From: Armatimonadota bacterium | GTDB taxonomy: Bacteria; Sysuimicrobiota; Sysuimicrobiia; Sysuimicrobiales; Kaftiobacteriaceae | Direction of reading: 5' to 3' | Assembly (NCBI GenBank): GCA_037440005.1 | Contig: JBBIUY010000033.1 | Span: forward strand, 1 to 32,549 | Length of the DNA stretch: 32,549 nucleotides | In this document: positions 16,758 through 26,642 of the stretch, piece after piece | How the letters are laid out: each line of letters opens with the position of its first letter | Position numbering within the stretch: position 1 is the stretch's first letter | Program-made: the position numbers and the translations under genes | The notes under the pieces: model-generated | The model's input: the letters and a program-made list of their open reading frames with translations, nothing else | Database searches by the model: none | What the model was told of the DNA's origin: nothing

Positions 16758-17918
16758 ATGCGCCTTGTCATCGTCTCCGCCGTCGTGCTGGCGGCGCTGG
16801 CGGGGTTGCGGGTCCCGCCGGCGGCCGCTCAGAGCGCCTCCGTGCACGTGGTCCGTCCGGGCGAGACGCTGTACGGGATCGCCCGGCGCTACGGCGTAAC
16901 GGTGGACGCCCTGGCGGCGGCCAACCGGATCGCCGATCCCGCCCGCATCCAGGCCGGCCAGGTCCTGCGGATTCCCCCCGCCCGCGCGGCGACGCCCCCG
17001 CCGGTCGGGCGACCAGGTCCGACCCGCACCCGGCCGCCTGCCTCCGGGTCGCGCGCCGACCTGGCGGCGGTGGAGGTCCGCCGGGTCACCATGCGCTACA
17101 CCGTCGGCCGCGGGGACACGCTGTACGGTATCGCCCGCCGCTTTGGCGTCACGGTGGCGGAACTGCGGCGCGCCAACCGGCTGGGCTCGGACCTCATCCG
17201 CCCCGGGCAGAGGTTGCTGGTCCCCGGCGCCCGCGTCGTCGTGCGCATCCCCCCGCCCGGTCCGACGGTGCGCCTGCGGCTTCCCCCGCCGCCGCAGAGC
17301 CCGGCCGACCCGGAGGTCCCTGAGCTGGACGTCGGCGAGGAGCTGACCGCTCCCCGCCCGCTGCGGGTGCGCCGGGGCCCCGCCTCGTATTTCCCCACCC
17401 TGGCCGTCGCCGCCGCGCAGACGCCGCTTGCGGTCGTCGGGCGTGAGGGGGACTGGTATGAGGTGCGGCTGCCCGACGACACCACCGGGTGGATCCGCTC
17501 CGCCGAGCTGGCTCCGCCCGCCCCGCCCCCGGCGGCCCGACAGACGGCGGCCGATGCGGTCGTCCGGGAGGCCCTGCAGTACCTGGGCACCCGGTACGTC
17601 TGGGGAGGCGCGTCGGCCGGGGGATTGGATTGCTCGGGGTTTGTCTACCTGGTGTTCTCGGCCTTCGCGCCCGAACTGGCCCGCCTGCGGTCGTTCGACT
17701 ACTTCCGCCTCGGCGTCCCGGTGAGCCCCGAGCACCTGCGCCCGGGCGACCTGGTGTTCTTCACCACCTACGCCCCCGGAGCGTCCCACGTGGGAATCTA
17801 CCTGGGCGACCGCCGGTTCATCCACGCCTCCAGCAGCGCCCGCCAGGTGGTCGTCTCCTCCCTGGACGAGCCGTACTACGTGGCGCGCTACGTGGGCGCC
17901 CGGCGGCTGGCGCCCTGA
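16758..17918 (+). CDS. Secreted 2xLysM + SH3b + NlpC/P60 peptidoglycan endopeptidase
   Basis: Signal peptide (AAA-Q); two LysM; LRVRRGP..GDWYEVRL..TGWI SH3b; YVWGG..GLDCSG, SHVG, FIHAS. Confidence 0.93.
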   Translation: MRLVIVSAVVLAALAGLRVPPAAAQSASVHVVRPGETLYGIARRYGVTVDALAAANRIADPARIQAGQVLRIPPARAATPPPVGRPGPTRTRPPASGSRADLAAVEVRRVTMRYTVGRGDTLYGIARRFGVTVAELRRANRLGSDLIRPGQRLLVPGARVVVRIPPPGPTVRLRLPPPPQSPADPEVPELDVGEELTAPRPLRVRRGPASYFPTLAVAAAQTPLAVVGREGDWYEVRLPDDTTGWIRSAELAPPAPPPAARQTAADAVVREALQYLGTRYVWGGASAGGLDCSGFVYLVFSAFAPELARLRSFDYFRLGVPVSPEHLRPGDLVFFTTYAPGASHVGIYLGDRRFIHASSSARQVVVSSLDEPYYVARYVGARRLAP

Positions 17919-18007
17919 CCGCTTCCGCCCGCCGTCGCTCCCGCGGCCGGCTGCCAGGGTTTGACTGCGCCGGCACAGAACACAGTCAGCAAGACGGACC
18001 GACGCGG

Positions 18008-18019
18008 TACGGTGTCCCG
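18008..18019 (+). promoter_or_regulatory. Putative -10 element giving a leaderless transcript
   Basis: TACGGT (TAnnnT), 6 nt, then ATG 18020; no Shine-Dalgarno sequence. Confidence 0.45.
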
Positions 18020-19426
18020 ATGCCCAGAACCACCACCCGACGGCGCGCGAGGCGCCCTCTGCGCGGACTCGCGCGCCTCCAGCGACGTGCGCCTGTGACC
18101 CGGGTCATCATCCTGGGGGCGGGCGGCCGCGACTTCCACAACTTCAACGTCGTCTTCCGGGACCGGCCCGAGTACCGGGTGGTGGCCTTTACGGCCACCC
18201 AGATTCCCGACATCGACAACCGCGTCTACCCTCCGGACCTGGCCGGGCCCCTGTACCCCGACGGGATCCCCATCTACCCCGAGGAGGAGCTGCCCGACCT
18301 GATCCGCCGCCTGCGGGCCGACCAGGTGGTGTTCGCCTACAGCGACGTCTCCCACGAGCACGTGATGCACGTCAGCTCGGTGGCCCTGGCCGCCGGGGCC
18401 AGCGTGGTCCTGCTGGGCCCCCAGGCCACCATGCTGACGGCCCGGGTGCCGGTGGTGAGCATCGGGGCCGTGCGCACCGGCGCCGGCAAGAGTCCGGCCA
18501 CCCGCCGGGTGGCCCACATCCTGCGCGGCCTGGGCCTGCGGGTGGCGGTCGTCCGCCACCCCATGGCCTACGGCGACCTGGCTCGCCAGCGGGTGCAGCG
18601 CTTTGCCAGCCTGGAGGACCTGGACCGCATCCCGGTCACCATCGAGGAGCGCGAGGAGTACGAGCCGCACCTGGCGGCGGGGACGGTGGTGTACGCCGGC
18701 GTGGACTACCGCGAGGTCATCCGCCAGGCCCAGCGGGAGGCCGACGTGCTGGTGTGGGACGGCGGCAACAACGACTTCCCCTTCGTGCGCTCGGGGCTGC
18801 ACATCGTGCTGGCCGACCCCCACCGCCCCGGCCACGAGCTCACCTACCACCCGGGCGAGACCAACCTGCGGATGGCCCAGGTGGTGATCATCAACAAGGT
18901 GGACACCGCGCGCCCGGAGGACGTGGCCACCGTGCGCGCCAACGTGGCGCGGGTGAACCCCCACGCGGTGATCGTCGAGGCCGCCTCGCCGCTAGAGGTG
19001 GACCGCCCCGATTTGCTGGCGGGGCGGCGGGCCCTGGTGGTGGAGGACGGCCCCACCCTCACCCACGGCGAGATGCCCTACGGCGCCGGGGTGCTGGCGG
19101 CCCGCGCCCACGGCGCCACGCTGGTGGACCCGCGGCCGTATGCGGTGGGGTCCATCCGGGAGGTCTTCGCCCGGTACCCCCACCTGGGGGCGGTCCTGCC
19201 GGCGATGGGCTACAGCCCGGTGCAGGTGCAGGAGCTGGAGCAGACCATCGCCGCCGCCGACTGCGACGTGGTGGTGATCGGCACGCCGGTGGACCTGCGC
19301 CGGGTGATCGCCCTCCGCCGGCCGGCGGTGCGGGTGCGCTACGAGATCCGGGAACGGACCCGGCCGACGCTGGAGGAGATCCTGTCCGGATGGGTGCGGG
19401 ACCGCGTCCGGACCGCAGGCGCGTGA
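18020..19426 (+). CDS. Cyclic 2,3-diphosphoglycerate synthetase-like P-loop protein; candidate arginine synthetase (ArcE-like)
   Basis: [32 protein letters not shown]-loop, [32 protein letters not shown]; directly upstream of OTC. Alternative start GTG 18095. Confidence 0.8.
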   Translation: MPRTTTRRRARRPLRGLARLQRRAPVTRVIILGAGGRDFHNFNVVFRDRPEYRVVAFTATQIPDIDNRVYPPDLAGPLYPDGIPIYPEEELPDLIRRLRADQVVFAYSDVSHEHVMHVSSVALAAGASVVLLGPQATMLTARVPVVSIGAVRTGAGKSPATRRVAHILRGLGLRVAVVRHPMAYGDLARQRVQRFASLEDLDRIPVTIEEREEYEPHLAAGTVVYAGVDYREVIRQAQREADVLVWDGGNNDFPFVRSGLHIVLADPHRPGHELTYHPGETNLRMAQVVIINKVDTARPEDVATVRANVARVNPHAVIVEAASPLEVDRPDLLAGRRALVVEDGPTLTHGEMPYGAGVLAARAHGATLVDPRPYAVGSIREVFARYPHLGAVLPAMGYSPVQVQELEQTIAAADCDVVVIGTPVDLRRVIALRRPAVRVRYEIRERTRPTLEEILSGWVRDRVRTAGA

Positions 19427-19449
19427 GAGGGCGGACGACGGAGGCGGCC

Positions 19450-20376
<927 letters not shown>

Positions 20377-20386
20377 CGGAGGACCG

Positions 20387-21199
20387 GTGCCGGAGATCCG
20401 CCCGCAGGACATCATCGACGTCCTCATCGTCACCCTCCTGGTCTACCAGCTGCTGCTGCTGATCCGGGGGACCCGGGCGGTGCAGCTGGTCATCGGGCTG
20501 GGCATCCTGGTGGCGGCGTACGCCGTGAGCCGCGCCCTGGGCCTGTACACTCTGCAGTCGGTGCTGCAGTACCTGGGGGTGGTCATCCCCATCGCCCTGC
20601 TGGTCATCTTCCAGCCCGAGCTGCGCCGCATGCTGGAGCAGCTGGGCCGCGGGGGCGTCCTCATCAGCGGGCTGACGCCTCACGGCCTGGGGCGGGAAGA
20701 GCGCATCCGCCTGGCCAACGACCTGGCCCGCGCGGCGCGCATTTTGGGGCTGCGCAAGATCGGCGCTTTGATGGTCCTGGAGCGTCAGACGGGCCTGGAG
20801 GACTTCATCGAGACCGGCGTGCGGGTGGACGCGGTGGTCACCGTGCAGCTGCTGATCACCCTGTTCTTCCCCAACTCGCCCCTGCACGACGGGGCGGCCA
20901 TCATCCGCGGCAACCGGGTGGTGGCGGCCGGCTGCCTGCTGCCCCTGTCGGAGAACCCGGCGCTGGGGCGGACCCTGGGCACGCGCCACCGGGCCGGGCT
21001 GGGGATCACCGAGCAGACCGACGCGGTCAGCATCATCGTCTCCGAGGAGACCGGGACGGTCAGCCTGGCCCGGGAGGGCGAGCTGGTCCGGGGGTTGTCG
21101 GAGGAGGAGGTCAAGGCCGCCCTGCTGGAGCTGGTGGCGCCCGGCCCGCCCGCCGCCGTGGGGCCGTGGCGGTGGTGGAGGACGATCCGCCGGTCATGA
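20387..21199 (+). CDS. cdaA: Membrane diadenylate cyclase CdaA (DacA)
   Basis: Three TM helices, IFQPELRR, PLHDGA and GTRHRA catalytic motifs, VSEETG. Confidence 0.95.
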   Translation: MPEIRPQDIIDVLIVTLLVYQLLLLIRGTRAVQLVIGLGILVAAYAVSRALGLYTLQSVLQYLGVVIPIALLVIFQPELRRMLEQLGRGGVLISGLTPHGLGREERIRLANDLARAARILGLRKIGALMVLERQTGLEDFIETGVRVDAVVTVQLLITLFFPNSPLHDGAAIIRGNRVVAAGCLLPLSENPALGRTLGTRHRAGLGITEQTDAVSIIVSEETGTVSLAREGELVRGLSEEEVKAALLELVAPGPPAAVGPWRWWRTIRRS

Positions 21200-21855
21200 G
21201 GATCCGCCGCCCTCTGCTGAGCGAACAGCAACTGCTGCTGGTGCTGTCGTTTCTCATCGCGGTCACCTCCTGGTACTACGTGGTGTCCACCCGCACCCCC
21301 CGGGGCCCGCGGGTCACCTCCAAGGTGGTGGCTGTCATCCCTCGGGTCGACGGCGAGCCCGCCTACGGGTACAGCATGCTGGGGGTACGGGTGACGCCGC
21401 CCACCGTGGTCCTGTCCGGAGCGCCCGAGCAGCTGGCTGCGGTGGACGCCGTGCGGACCGAGCCCGTGGACGTCACCGGCGCCACCCGGGACGTGGTGCG
21501 GGAGGTGGCGGTGGACGCGCCGGCGGGCCTGCCCCGGCCGTCCCGGGTGCGGGTGGCGGTGCAGGTGGTGCCGGCCATCGCGGCCCGGGTGGTTCCGGGG
21601 GTGCGGGTCCGGGTGCAGAACGCTCCGGCGGGGATGGTGGCGCGGGTAGAGCCCGCCACCGTCGAGGTGCAGGTGCAGGGGCCGGTGGCGGTGGTCAGCC
21701 GGCTGCGGGCGGACGACCTGCTGGCCGTGGTGGACGGCGCCGAGTTGGTCGAGGGACGCCGGCGGGTGCGGCCGCAGGTGGTGGCCCCGCCGCAGGTGAC
21801 GGTGATCGGGCTGCGGCCGGACGTGGTGGTGGTCGTCGTCCGGCGGGGAGGGTAG
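21196..21855 (+). CDS. cdaR: CdaR/YbbR-like regulator (about two YbbR domains)
   Basis: N-terminal TM (LSFLIAVTSWYYV); VTPPTVVLSGA and VEPATVEVQVQGP YbbR-like repeats; ATGA overlap with cdaA; lies between cdaA and glmM. Confidence 0.8.
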   Translation: MRIRRPLLSEQQLLLVLSFLIAVTSWYYVVSTRTPRGPRVTSKVVAVIPRVDGEPAYGYSMLGVRVTPPTVVLSGAPEQLAAVDAVRTEPVDVTGATRDVVREVAVDAPAGLPRPSRVRVAVQVVPAIAARVVPGVRVRVQNAPAGMVARVEPATVEVQVQGPVAVVSRLRADDLLAVVDGAELVEGRRRVRPQVVAPPQVTVIGLRPDVVVVVVRRGG

Positions 21856-21906
21856 ACATGGAGGCGGGCCGCCGGCGGGATCCCGGCGGGCGAGGCGGCC
21901 CCTGAG

Positions 21907-23250
21907 ATGGGCCGCCTGTTCGGCACCGACGGCGTCCGCGGCGTCGCCAACGTGGACCTGACGCCGGAGCTGGCGCTGCGCCTGGGGCGGGCGGCCGCCC
22001 ACCTGCTCAGCCCCGCCGGCGGCGGGCAGTTCCTGCTGGGCCGCGACACCCGCCTCAGCGGACCCATGCTGGAGGCGGCGCTGGTGGCCGCCATCTGCTC
22101 GGCCGGCGGACAGGCCCTGCGGGGAGGTATCCTGCCCACCCCGGCGGTGGCCTACCTGACCCGGCGGCTGGGGGCGACCGCCGGGGTGGTGATCTCCGCC
22201 TCCCACAACCCGGTGGAGGACAACGGCATCAAGTTCTTCGGCCGCGACGGCTACAAGCTGCCCGACGCCGTCGAGGAGGCCGTGGAAGCGTTGCTGGACG
22301 CCCCGGACCTGCGGCGGGCGGCGGGATTGCAGGTGGGACGCGCCGGGGACGTGCCCGAGGCCGCCGACCTGTACATCGACCACCTGGCCGCGCTGGCCGT
22401 CGCGCCGGCGGCCGGGCTGCGGGTGGTGGTGGACTGCGCCCACGGGGCGGCCTGCCGGACCGCGCCCGCCCTGTGGGAGGCGCTGGGCGCCACGGTGATC
22501 CCGATCCACGACACCCCCGACGGGGCGCGCATCAACGTCCGCTGCGGGTCCACCCACCCCGACGTGGTGGCCCAGGCGGTGCGGGATCACCGGGCGGATG
22601 TGGGCTTCGCCCACGACGGGGATGCCGACCGGGTCATCGCGGTGGACGAGACCGGCGCCGTCGTCGACGGGGACGGTCTGCTGGCCATCTGCGCCCTGCA
22701 CCTGCACGCCCGGGGCCGGCTGCCCGGGAACCGGGTGGTGGCCACGGTGATGTCCAACCTGGGGCTGGAGCGGGCCCTGCGCCGGGCCGGCATCACCCTG
22801 GACCGCACCCGGGTGGGCGACCGCTACGTGCTGGACCGGATGCGCCAGGTGGGCGCGACATTGGGCGGCGAGCAGAGCGGCCACATCATCTTCCTGGACC
22901 ACGCCACCACCGGCGACGGCGCCCTCACGGCGGTGCAGGTGGTGAACGTGATGCTGCAGACCGGCCGCCGGCTGTCGGAACTGGCCGCCGTCGTGGAGCG
23001 GCTTCCCCAGGTCCTGGTCAACGTGGCCGTGCCCGACCGCACCGCCCTGGACGGCCGCCCGGCCGTCCAGCGGGCCGTCGCCGACGCCGAGCGCGCCCTG
23101 GGCGACCGGGGCCGGGTCCTGGTCAGAGCCTCGGGCACCGAGCCGCTGGTGCGGATCATGGTGGAGGCCGAAGACGCCGCCCAGGCGGCCGCCCTGGCCG
23201 GACACCTGGCCGACGTGGTCGCCCGGGAACTGGGCGGCCGCCGCCTGTAA
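21907..23250 (+). CDS. glmM: Phosphoglucosamine mutase
   Basis: LFGTDGVRG, SASHNP.EDNGIKFF, HDGDADR, GGEQSGH, RASGTEPLVR. Confidence 0.96.
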   Translation: MGRLFGTDGVRGVANVDLTPELALRLGRAAAHLLSPAGGGQFLLGRDTRLSGPMLEAALVAAICSAGGQALRGGILPTPAVAYLTRRLGATAGVVISASHNPVEDNGIKFFGRDGYKLPDAVEEAVEALLDAPDLRRAAGLQVGRAGDVPEAADLYIDHLAALAVAPAAGLRVVVDCAHGAACRTAPALWEALGATVIPIHDTPDGARINVRCGSTHPDVVAQAVRDHRADVGFAHDGDADRVIAVDETGAVVDGDGLLAICALHLHARGRLPGNRVVATVMSNLGLERALRRAGITLDRTRVGDRYVLDRMRQVGATLGGEQSGHIIFLDHATTGDGALTAVQVVNVMLQTGRRLSELAAVVERLPQVLVNVAVPDRTALDGRPAVQRAVADAERALGDRGRVLVRASGTEPLVRIMVEAEDAAQAAALAGHLADVVARELGGRRL

Positions 23251-23253
23251 CCG

Positions 23254-24081
23254 ATGATGGGGCAGCAGACCTCCCTGGAGTCGGTGGCCGACACCCGGTG
23301 CGCCAGCCCTGCGGGCTCCGATCCGCCCGCCTCGGACCTGCTGGGGGTGCGGGTGCACCACGTGACCATGGAGCAGGCGGTGGAGCGGGTGCGCGCCCTG
23401 GTGGCATCGGGAGGCGCGCACCAGGTCGTCACGGTCAACGGGGCGATGCTGGTCGCCGCCTGGCGGGACGCCGCCGTCCGCGAGGTGCTGTCGAACGCGT
23501 CGCTGCTGGTTCCCGACGGGGTCGGCGTGCTGCTGGCCGCGCGGATGCTGGGCCGGCCGCCGTACGTGCGCGTGCCCGGAGTGGACCTGGCCGCGCGGCT
23601 GTGCGCGGCGGCGGCGGAGGAGGGGTGGCGGGTGTTCCTGCTGGGGGCGGCGCCGGGAGTGGCCCCGGCGGCCGCCGAGGCGCTGCGCCGCCGCTACCCG
23701 GGGCTGCAGGTGGCCGGCGTGCACCACGGCTATTTCTCCGACGACGCCCCCGTGATCGCCCAGATCCGGGCGGCTCGCCCCCACCTGCTGCTGGTGGCGA
23801 TGGGGTTTCCGCGCCAGGAGATGTGGATCGCCCGGCACCGCGCGGCTCTGGGCGTCCCGGTGAGCATGGGGGTGGGCGGGACGCTGGACGTGCTGGCCGG
23901 GCGCGTGCGCCGGGCCCCGCGGTGGGTCCAGCGCGCCGGACTGGAGTGGGCGTACCGGCTGGCCCAGGAGCCCCGGCGGCGGTGGCGGACGGCCGCGGCG
24001 CTGCCGCTGGTCGTGGCCCTGGCGGTCAGGGAGAGGCTGCGCCAGATGAGGGGAAAGGACCGGGATGGCCAGGGATGCTAA
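23254..24081 (+). CDS. WecG/TagA/CpsF family glycosyltransferase
   Basis: VVTVN, VPDGVGV, RVPGVDL, HHGYF, VAMGFPRQE, GVGGTLD, RAPRWVQRAGLEWAYRL; start uncertain. Confidence 0.92.
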   Translation: MMGQQTSLESVADTRCASPAGSDPPASDLLGVRVHHVTMEQAVERVRALVASGGAHQVVTVNGAMLVAAWRDAAVREVLSNASLLVPDGVGVLLAARMLGRPPYVRVPGVDLAARLCAAAAEEGWRVFLLGAAPGVAPAAAEALRRRYPGLQVAGVHHGYFSDDAPVIAQIRAARPHLLLVAMGFPRQEMWIARHRAALGVPVSMGVGGTLDVLAGRVRRAPRWVQRAGLEWAYRLAQEPRRRWRTAAALPLVVALAVRERLRQMRGKDRDGQGC

Positions 24082-24089
24082 AGTATGGT
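24076..24089 (+). promoter_or_regulatory. Possible extended -10 promoter for the glmS leader
   Basis: TG-C-TAAAGT (24076-24084) and overlapping TATGGT, about 70 nt upstream of the ribozyme. Confidence 0.4.
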
Positions 24090-24154
24090 GACGACTGGCC
24101 GGCCGCCAGGCCGGCGGGGGGAGGTGACAGCCGCAGACGCAGGTGAGGTGCCGC

Positions 24155-24430
24155 AGCGCCAGGCCCCTGGCGCGGGGCTGCACGCGGGGGATTGCGTGAC
24201 GCGTGCAGGCACGCCCGATGTGGGGGCGCGCCGTCGTTCTCCCGCGCGAGGGGTGACGAGGGAGGGGATCTCGGACGGCCCTTCCGGCCGCCGGGTGGCG
24301 CCGGGAGGGGGCCGGATCGGCGGGTGACCCTAGGTCTGTGGTCCGGACCTGCACCCCTCCGACGCCCGTCGGAGGCAAGGCAGCTGACAAACACCGGGGG
24401 CAACCCCGGCCCAGAAGGCTGCCAGGACCA
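24155..24430 (+). ncRNA. glmS ribozyme/riboswitch (GlcN6P-activated), expanded variant
   Basis: AGCGCCAGG cleavage-site motif at 24155; P1 CCCCT/AGGGG; GACGAGG 24255-61; CTCG 24270-73; TCGGCGGGTG 24317-26; P2 AGGG/CCCT; P3 AGGTC/GACCT; P3.1 TGGTCC/GGACCA; P4 GGCAGC/GCTGCC; P4.1 CCGGGG-GCAA-CCCCGG; upstream of glmS. Confidence 0.92.
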
Positions 24431-24550
24431 GGTCGCGTGAACTGACTGGCGTCCCCCGGCGCGATCCGCGCCGGGCGGACCGCGGGCGACCGGCGGGACG
24501 TTTCCGGTCTGTCGACAGCGGTCAGGGATTTCTATCTGCAGGAGGGTGTC

Positions 24551-26416
24551 ATGTGCGGCATCATGGGCTACATCGGCCGGCGCAGCGCGCTGCCGGTCCT
24601 GCTGGACGGTCTGAAACGGCTGGAGTACCGCGGCTATGACTCGGCGGGCGTGGCGGTCCTCGCCGACGGCCGCATCGAGGTGCGCAAGGCGGCGGGCAAG
24701 CTCGCCCGCCTGGAGGAGATCACCCGGCGTCCGCCCCTGCCCGACGGGACGGTGGGCATCGGCCACACCCGGTGGGCCACCCACGGGCTGCCCACCGACG
24801 CCAACGCGCACCCCCACACCGACTGCCGCGGGCGGGTGGTAGTCATCCACAACGGGATCATCGAGAACTTCCTCCCCCTGCGCGAAGAGCTGCAGGCGCG
24901 GGGGCATCTGTTCCGCTCGGACACCGACACCGAGGTGCTGGCCCACCTGATCGAGGAGGAGATGCAAGACAGCCGGGGGGCGGGGACGGCTCCCCGGCGG
25001 CGGGCGCCCCTGGCGGAGGCCGTGCGCCGGGCGGTGGCGCGCACCCGCGGAGCCTACGCCATCGTCGTGATGAGCGCCGACGACCCCGACCGGATCGTGG
25101 CCGTCCGGCAGATCAGTCCCCTCATCGTGGGCCTGGGCCGCGACGAGACCATCCTGGCGTCGGACATCCCGGCCCTGCTGCCCTACACCCGGGACGTGCT
25201 GGTGATCGAGGACGGGGAACTGGCGGTGCTGGCGGCGGGGGAGGTTCACATCCAGCGGCTGGACGGGACGCCCGTGCGCCGGGAGCCGGTGCACATCACC
25301 TGGGACGCACAGATGGCGGAGCGCGGCGGCTACCCCCACTTCATGCTCAAGGAGATCTTCGAGCAGCCCCGCGCCCTGCAGGAGACCATGATGGGCCGCC
25401 TGGACGTCCGGGGAGCCGTGGAGCTGGAGGGGGTGGCCTACACCGACGCCTTCGTCCGTGACCTGCGCACGGTGTGGATCACGGCGTGCGGCACCGCCTA
25501 CCACGCCGGGCTGGTGGGCCGGTGGCTGGTGGAGCACTGGGCGCGGATCCCCGCCGAGCCCGACCTGGCGTCGGAGCTGCGGTACCGGGATCCCCTGATC
25601 GGCCCCCACAGCCTGGCGGTGGCCATCAGCCAGTCGGGCGAGACGGCGGACACCCTGGCGGCGGTGCGGGAGCTGCGCCGGCGGGGGGCCCGGGTCCTGG
25701 CCGTCACCAACGTGGTGGGCAGCACCCTCAGCCGCGAGGCCGACGACGTCCTGTACATCCGGGCCGGCCCCGAGATCGCCGTGGCCAGCAGCAAAGCCTA
25801 CGTCTCCATGCTGGTGGCCCTGCAGATGCTGGCCCTGGATCTGGCCCTGCGCCGGCAGGCCCTGTCCCGGGACGAGGCGGAGGCGCTGGTGGCGGCCATG
25901 AAGGCGCTGCCCGCCCAGGCCCAGCAGGTCCTGGAGCGGGCGCCGCAGGTGGAGGCGCTGGCCCGCCGGATGGCCGACCGGGAGCACGTGTTCTTCATCG
26001 GACGGGGGCTGGACTACGCGGTGGCCATGGAAGGCTCGCTGAAGCTGAAGGAGATCTCCTACGTGCACTCGGAAGCCCTGGCCGCCGGCGAGCTCAAGCA
26101 CGGCACCCTGGCCCTGGTGGCCCCGGGAGTCCCCGTGGTGGCCCTGGTGACCCAGCGGCACGTGTACGAGAAGACCCTGTCCAACATCCAGGAGGTCAAG
26201 GCCCGCGGGGGGGAGGTGATCGCCGTCGCCTACGACGACGACACCGAGATCACCAAGCACGCCGACACGGTGATCCGCATCCCCCCGACCCGCGGCGAGC
26301 TGGCGCCGGTGCTGGCCATCATCCCCCTGCAGCTGCTGGCCTACTACGTGGCCCGGGAGCGGGGGAACGACATCGACCAGCCGCGAAATCTCGCCAAGAG
26401 CGTGACCGTGGAGTAG
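24551..26416 (+). CDS. glmS: Glutamine--fructose-6-phosphate aminotransferase
   Basis: MCGI, RLEYRGYDSAG, GHTRWATHG, HNGIIEN, ISQSGETADT, ELKHG, DQPRNLAKSVTVE; GGAGG RBS. Confidence 0.98.
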   Translation: MCGIMGYIGRRSALPVLLDGLKRLEYRGYDSAGVAVLADGRIEVRKAAGKLARLEEITRRPPLPDGTVGIGHTRWATHGLPTDANAHPHTDCRGRVVVIHNGIIENFLPLREELQARGHLFRSDTDTEVLAHLIEEEMQDSRGAGTAPRRRAPLAEAVRRAVARTRGAYAIVVMSADDPDRIVAVRQISPLIVGLGRDETILASDIPALLPYTRDVLVIEDGELAVLAAGEVHIQRLDGTPVRREPVHITWDAQMAERGGYPHFMLKEIFEQPRALQETMMGRLDVRGAVELEGVAYTDAFVRDLRTVWITACGTAYHAGLVGRWLVEHWARIPAEPDLASELRYRDPLIGPHSLAVAISQSGETADTLAAVRELRRRGARVLAVTNVVGSTLSREADDVLYIRAGPEIAVASSKAYVSMLVALQMLALDLALRRQALSRDEAEALVAAMKALPAQAQQVLERAPQVEALARRMADREHVFFIGRGLDYAVAMEGSLKLKEISYVHSEALAAGELKHGTLALVAPGVPVVALVTQRHVYEKTLSNIQEVKARGGEVIAVAYDDDTEITKHADTVIRIPPTRGELAPVLAIIPLQLLAYYVARERGNDIDQPRNLAKSVTVE

Positions 26417-26433
26417 GCGGCAGGAGGACGGGC

Positions 26434-26595
26434 ATGATCGACGAGGACCTGTTGAAGATCCTGGCCTGCCCGCTGGACAAGGCGCCGGTGGAGCTGCGGG
26501 GCGACCGGATCGTCTGCACCCGCTGCGGGCGGCGGTACCCGATCCGCGACGGCATCCCGGTGATGCTGATCGAGGAGGCGGAACTGCCCGGATGA
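26434..26595 (+). CDS. Trm112-like (UPF0434/YcaR) small zinc-ribbon protein, 53 aa
   Basis: LLKILACPLDK..CTRCGRRYPIRDGIPVMLIEEA; AGGAGG RBS. Confidence 0.92.
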   Translation: MIDEDLLKILACPLDKAPVELRGDRIVCTRCGRRYPIRDGIPVMLIEEAELPG

Positions 26596-26642
26596 GCCGA
26601 AGACCCGGTCAGGATGCCGGTCCGACACCCCCCCAGGGAGCG

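Noticed and set aside
17961..17990. TTGACT as a -35 element for the ArcE-like gene
   Set aside because: No acceptable -10 at 16-18 nt spacing; kept only as half of an inverted repeat
20785..24390. 1201-aa minus-strand ORF and other long antisense ORFs (10169-12388, 24026-26260, 29747-31627)
   Set aside because: Shadow frames of well-supported plus-strand genes in high-GC DNA; Arg/Pro/Gly/His-rich with no motifs
24085..24440. Short ORFs between the tagA-like gene and glmS
   Set aside because: The region is explained by the glmS ribozyme; the peptides have no recognisable features
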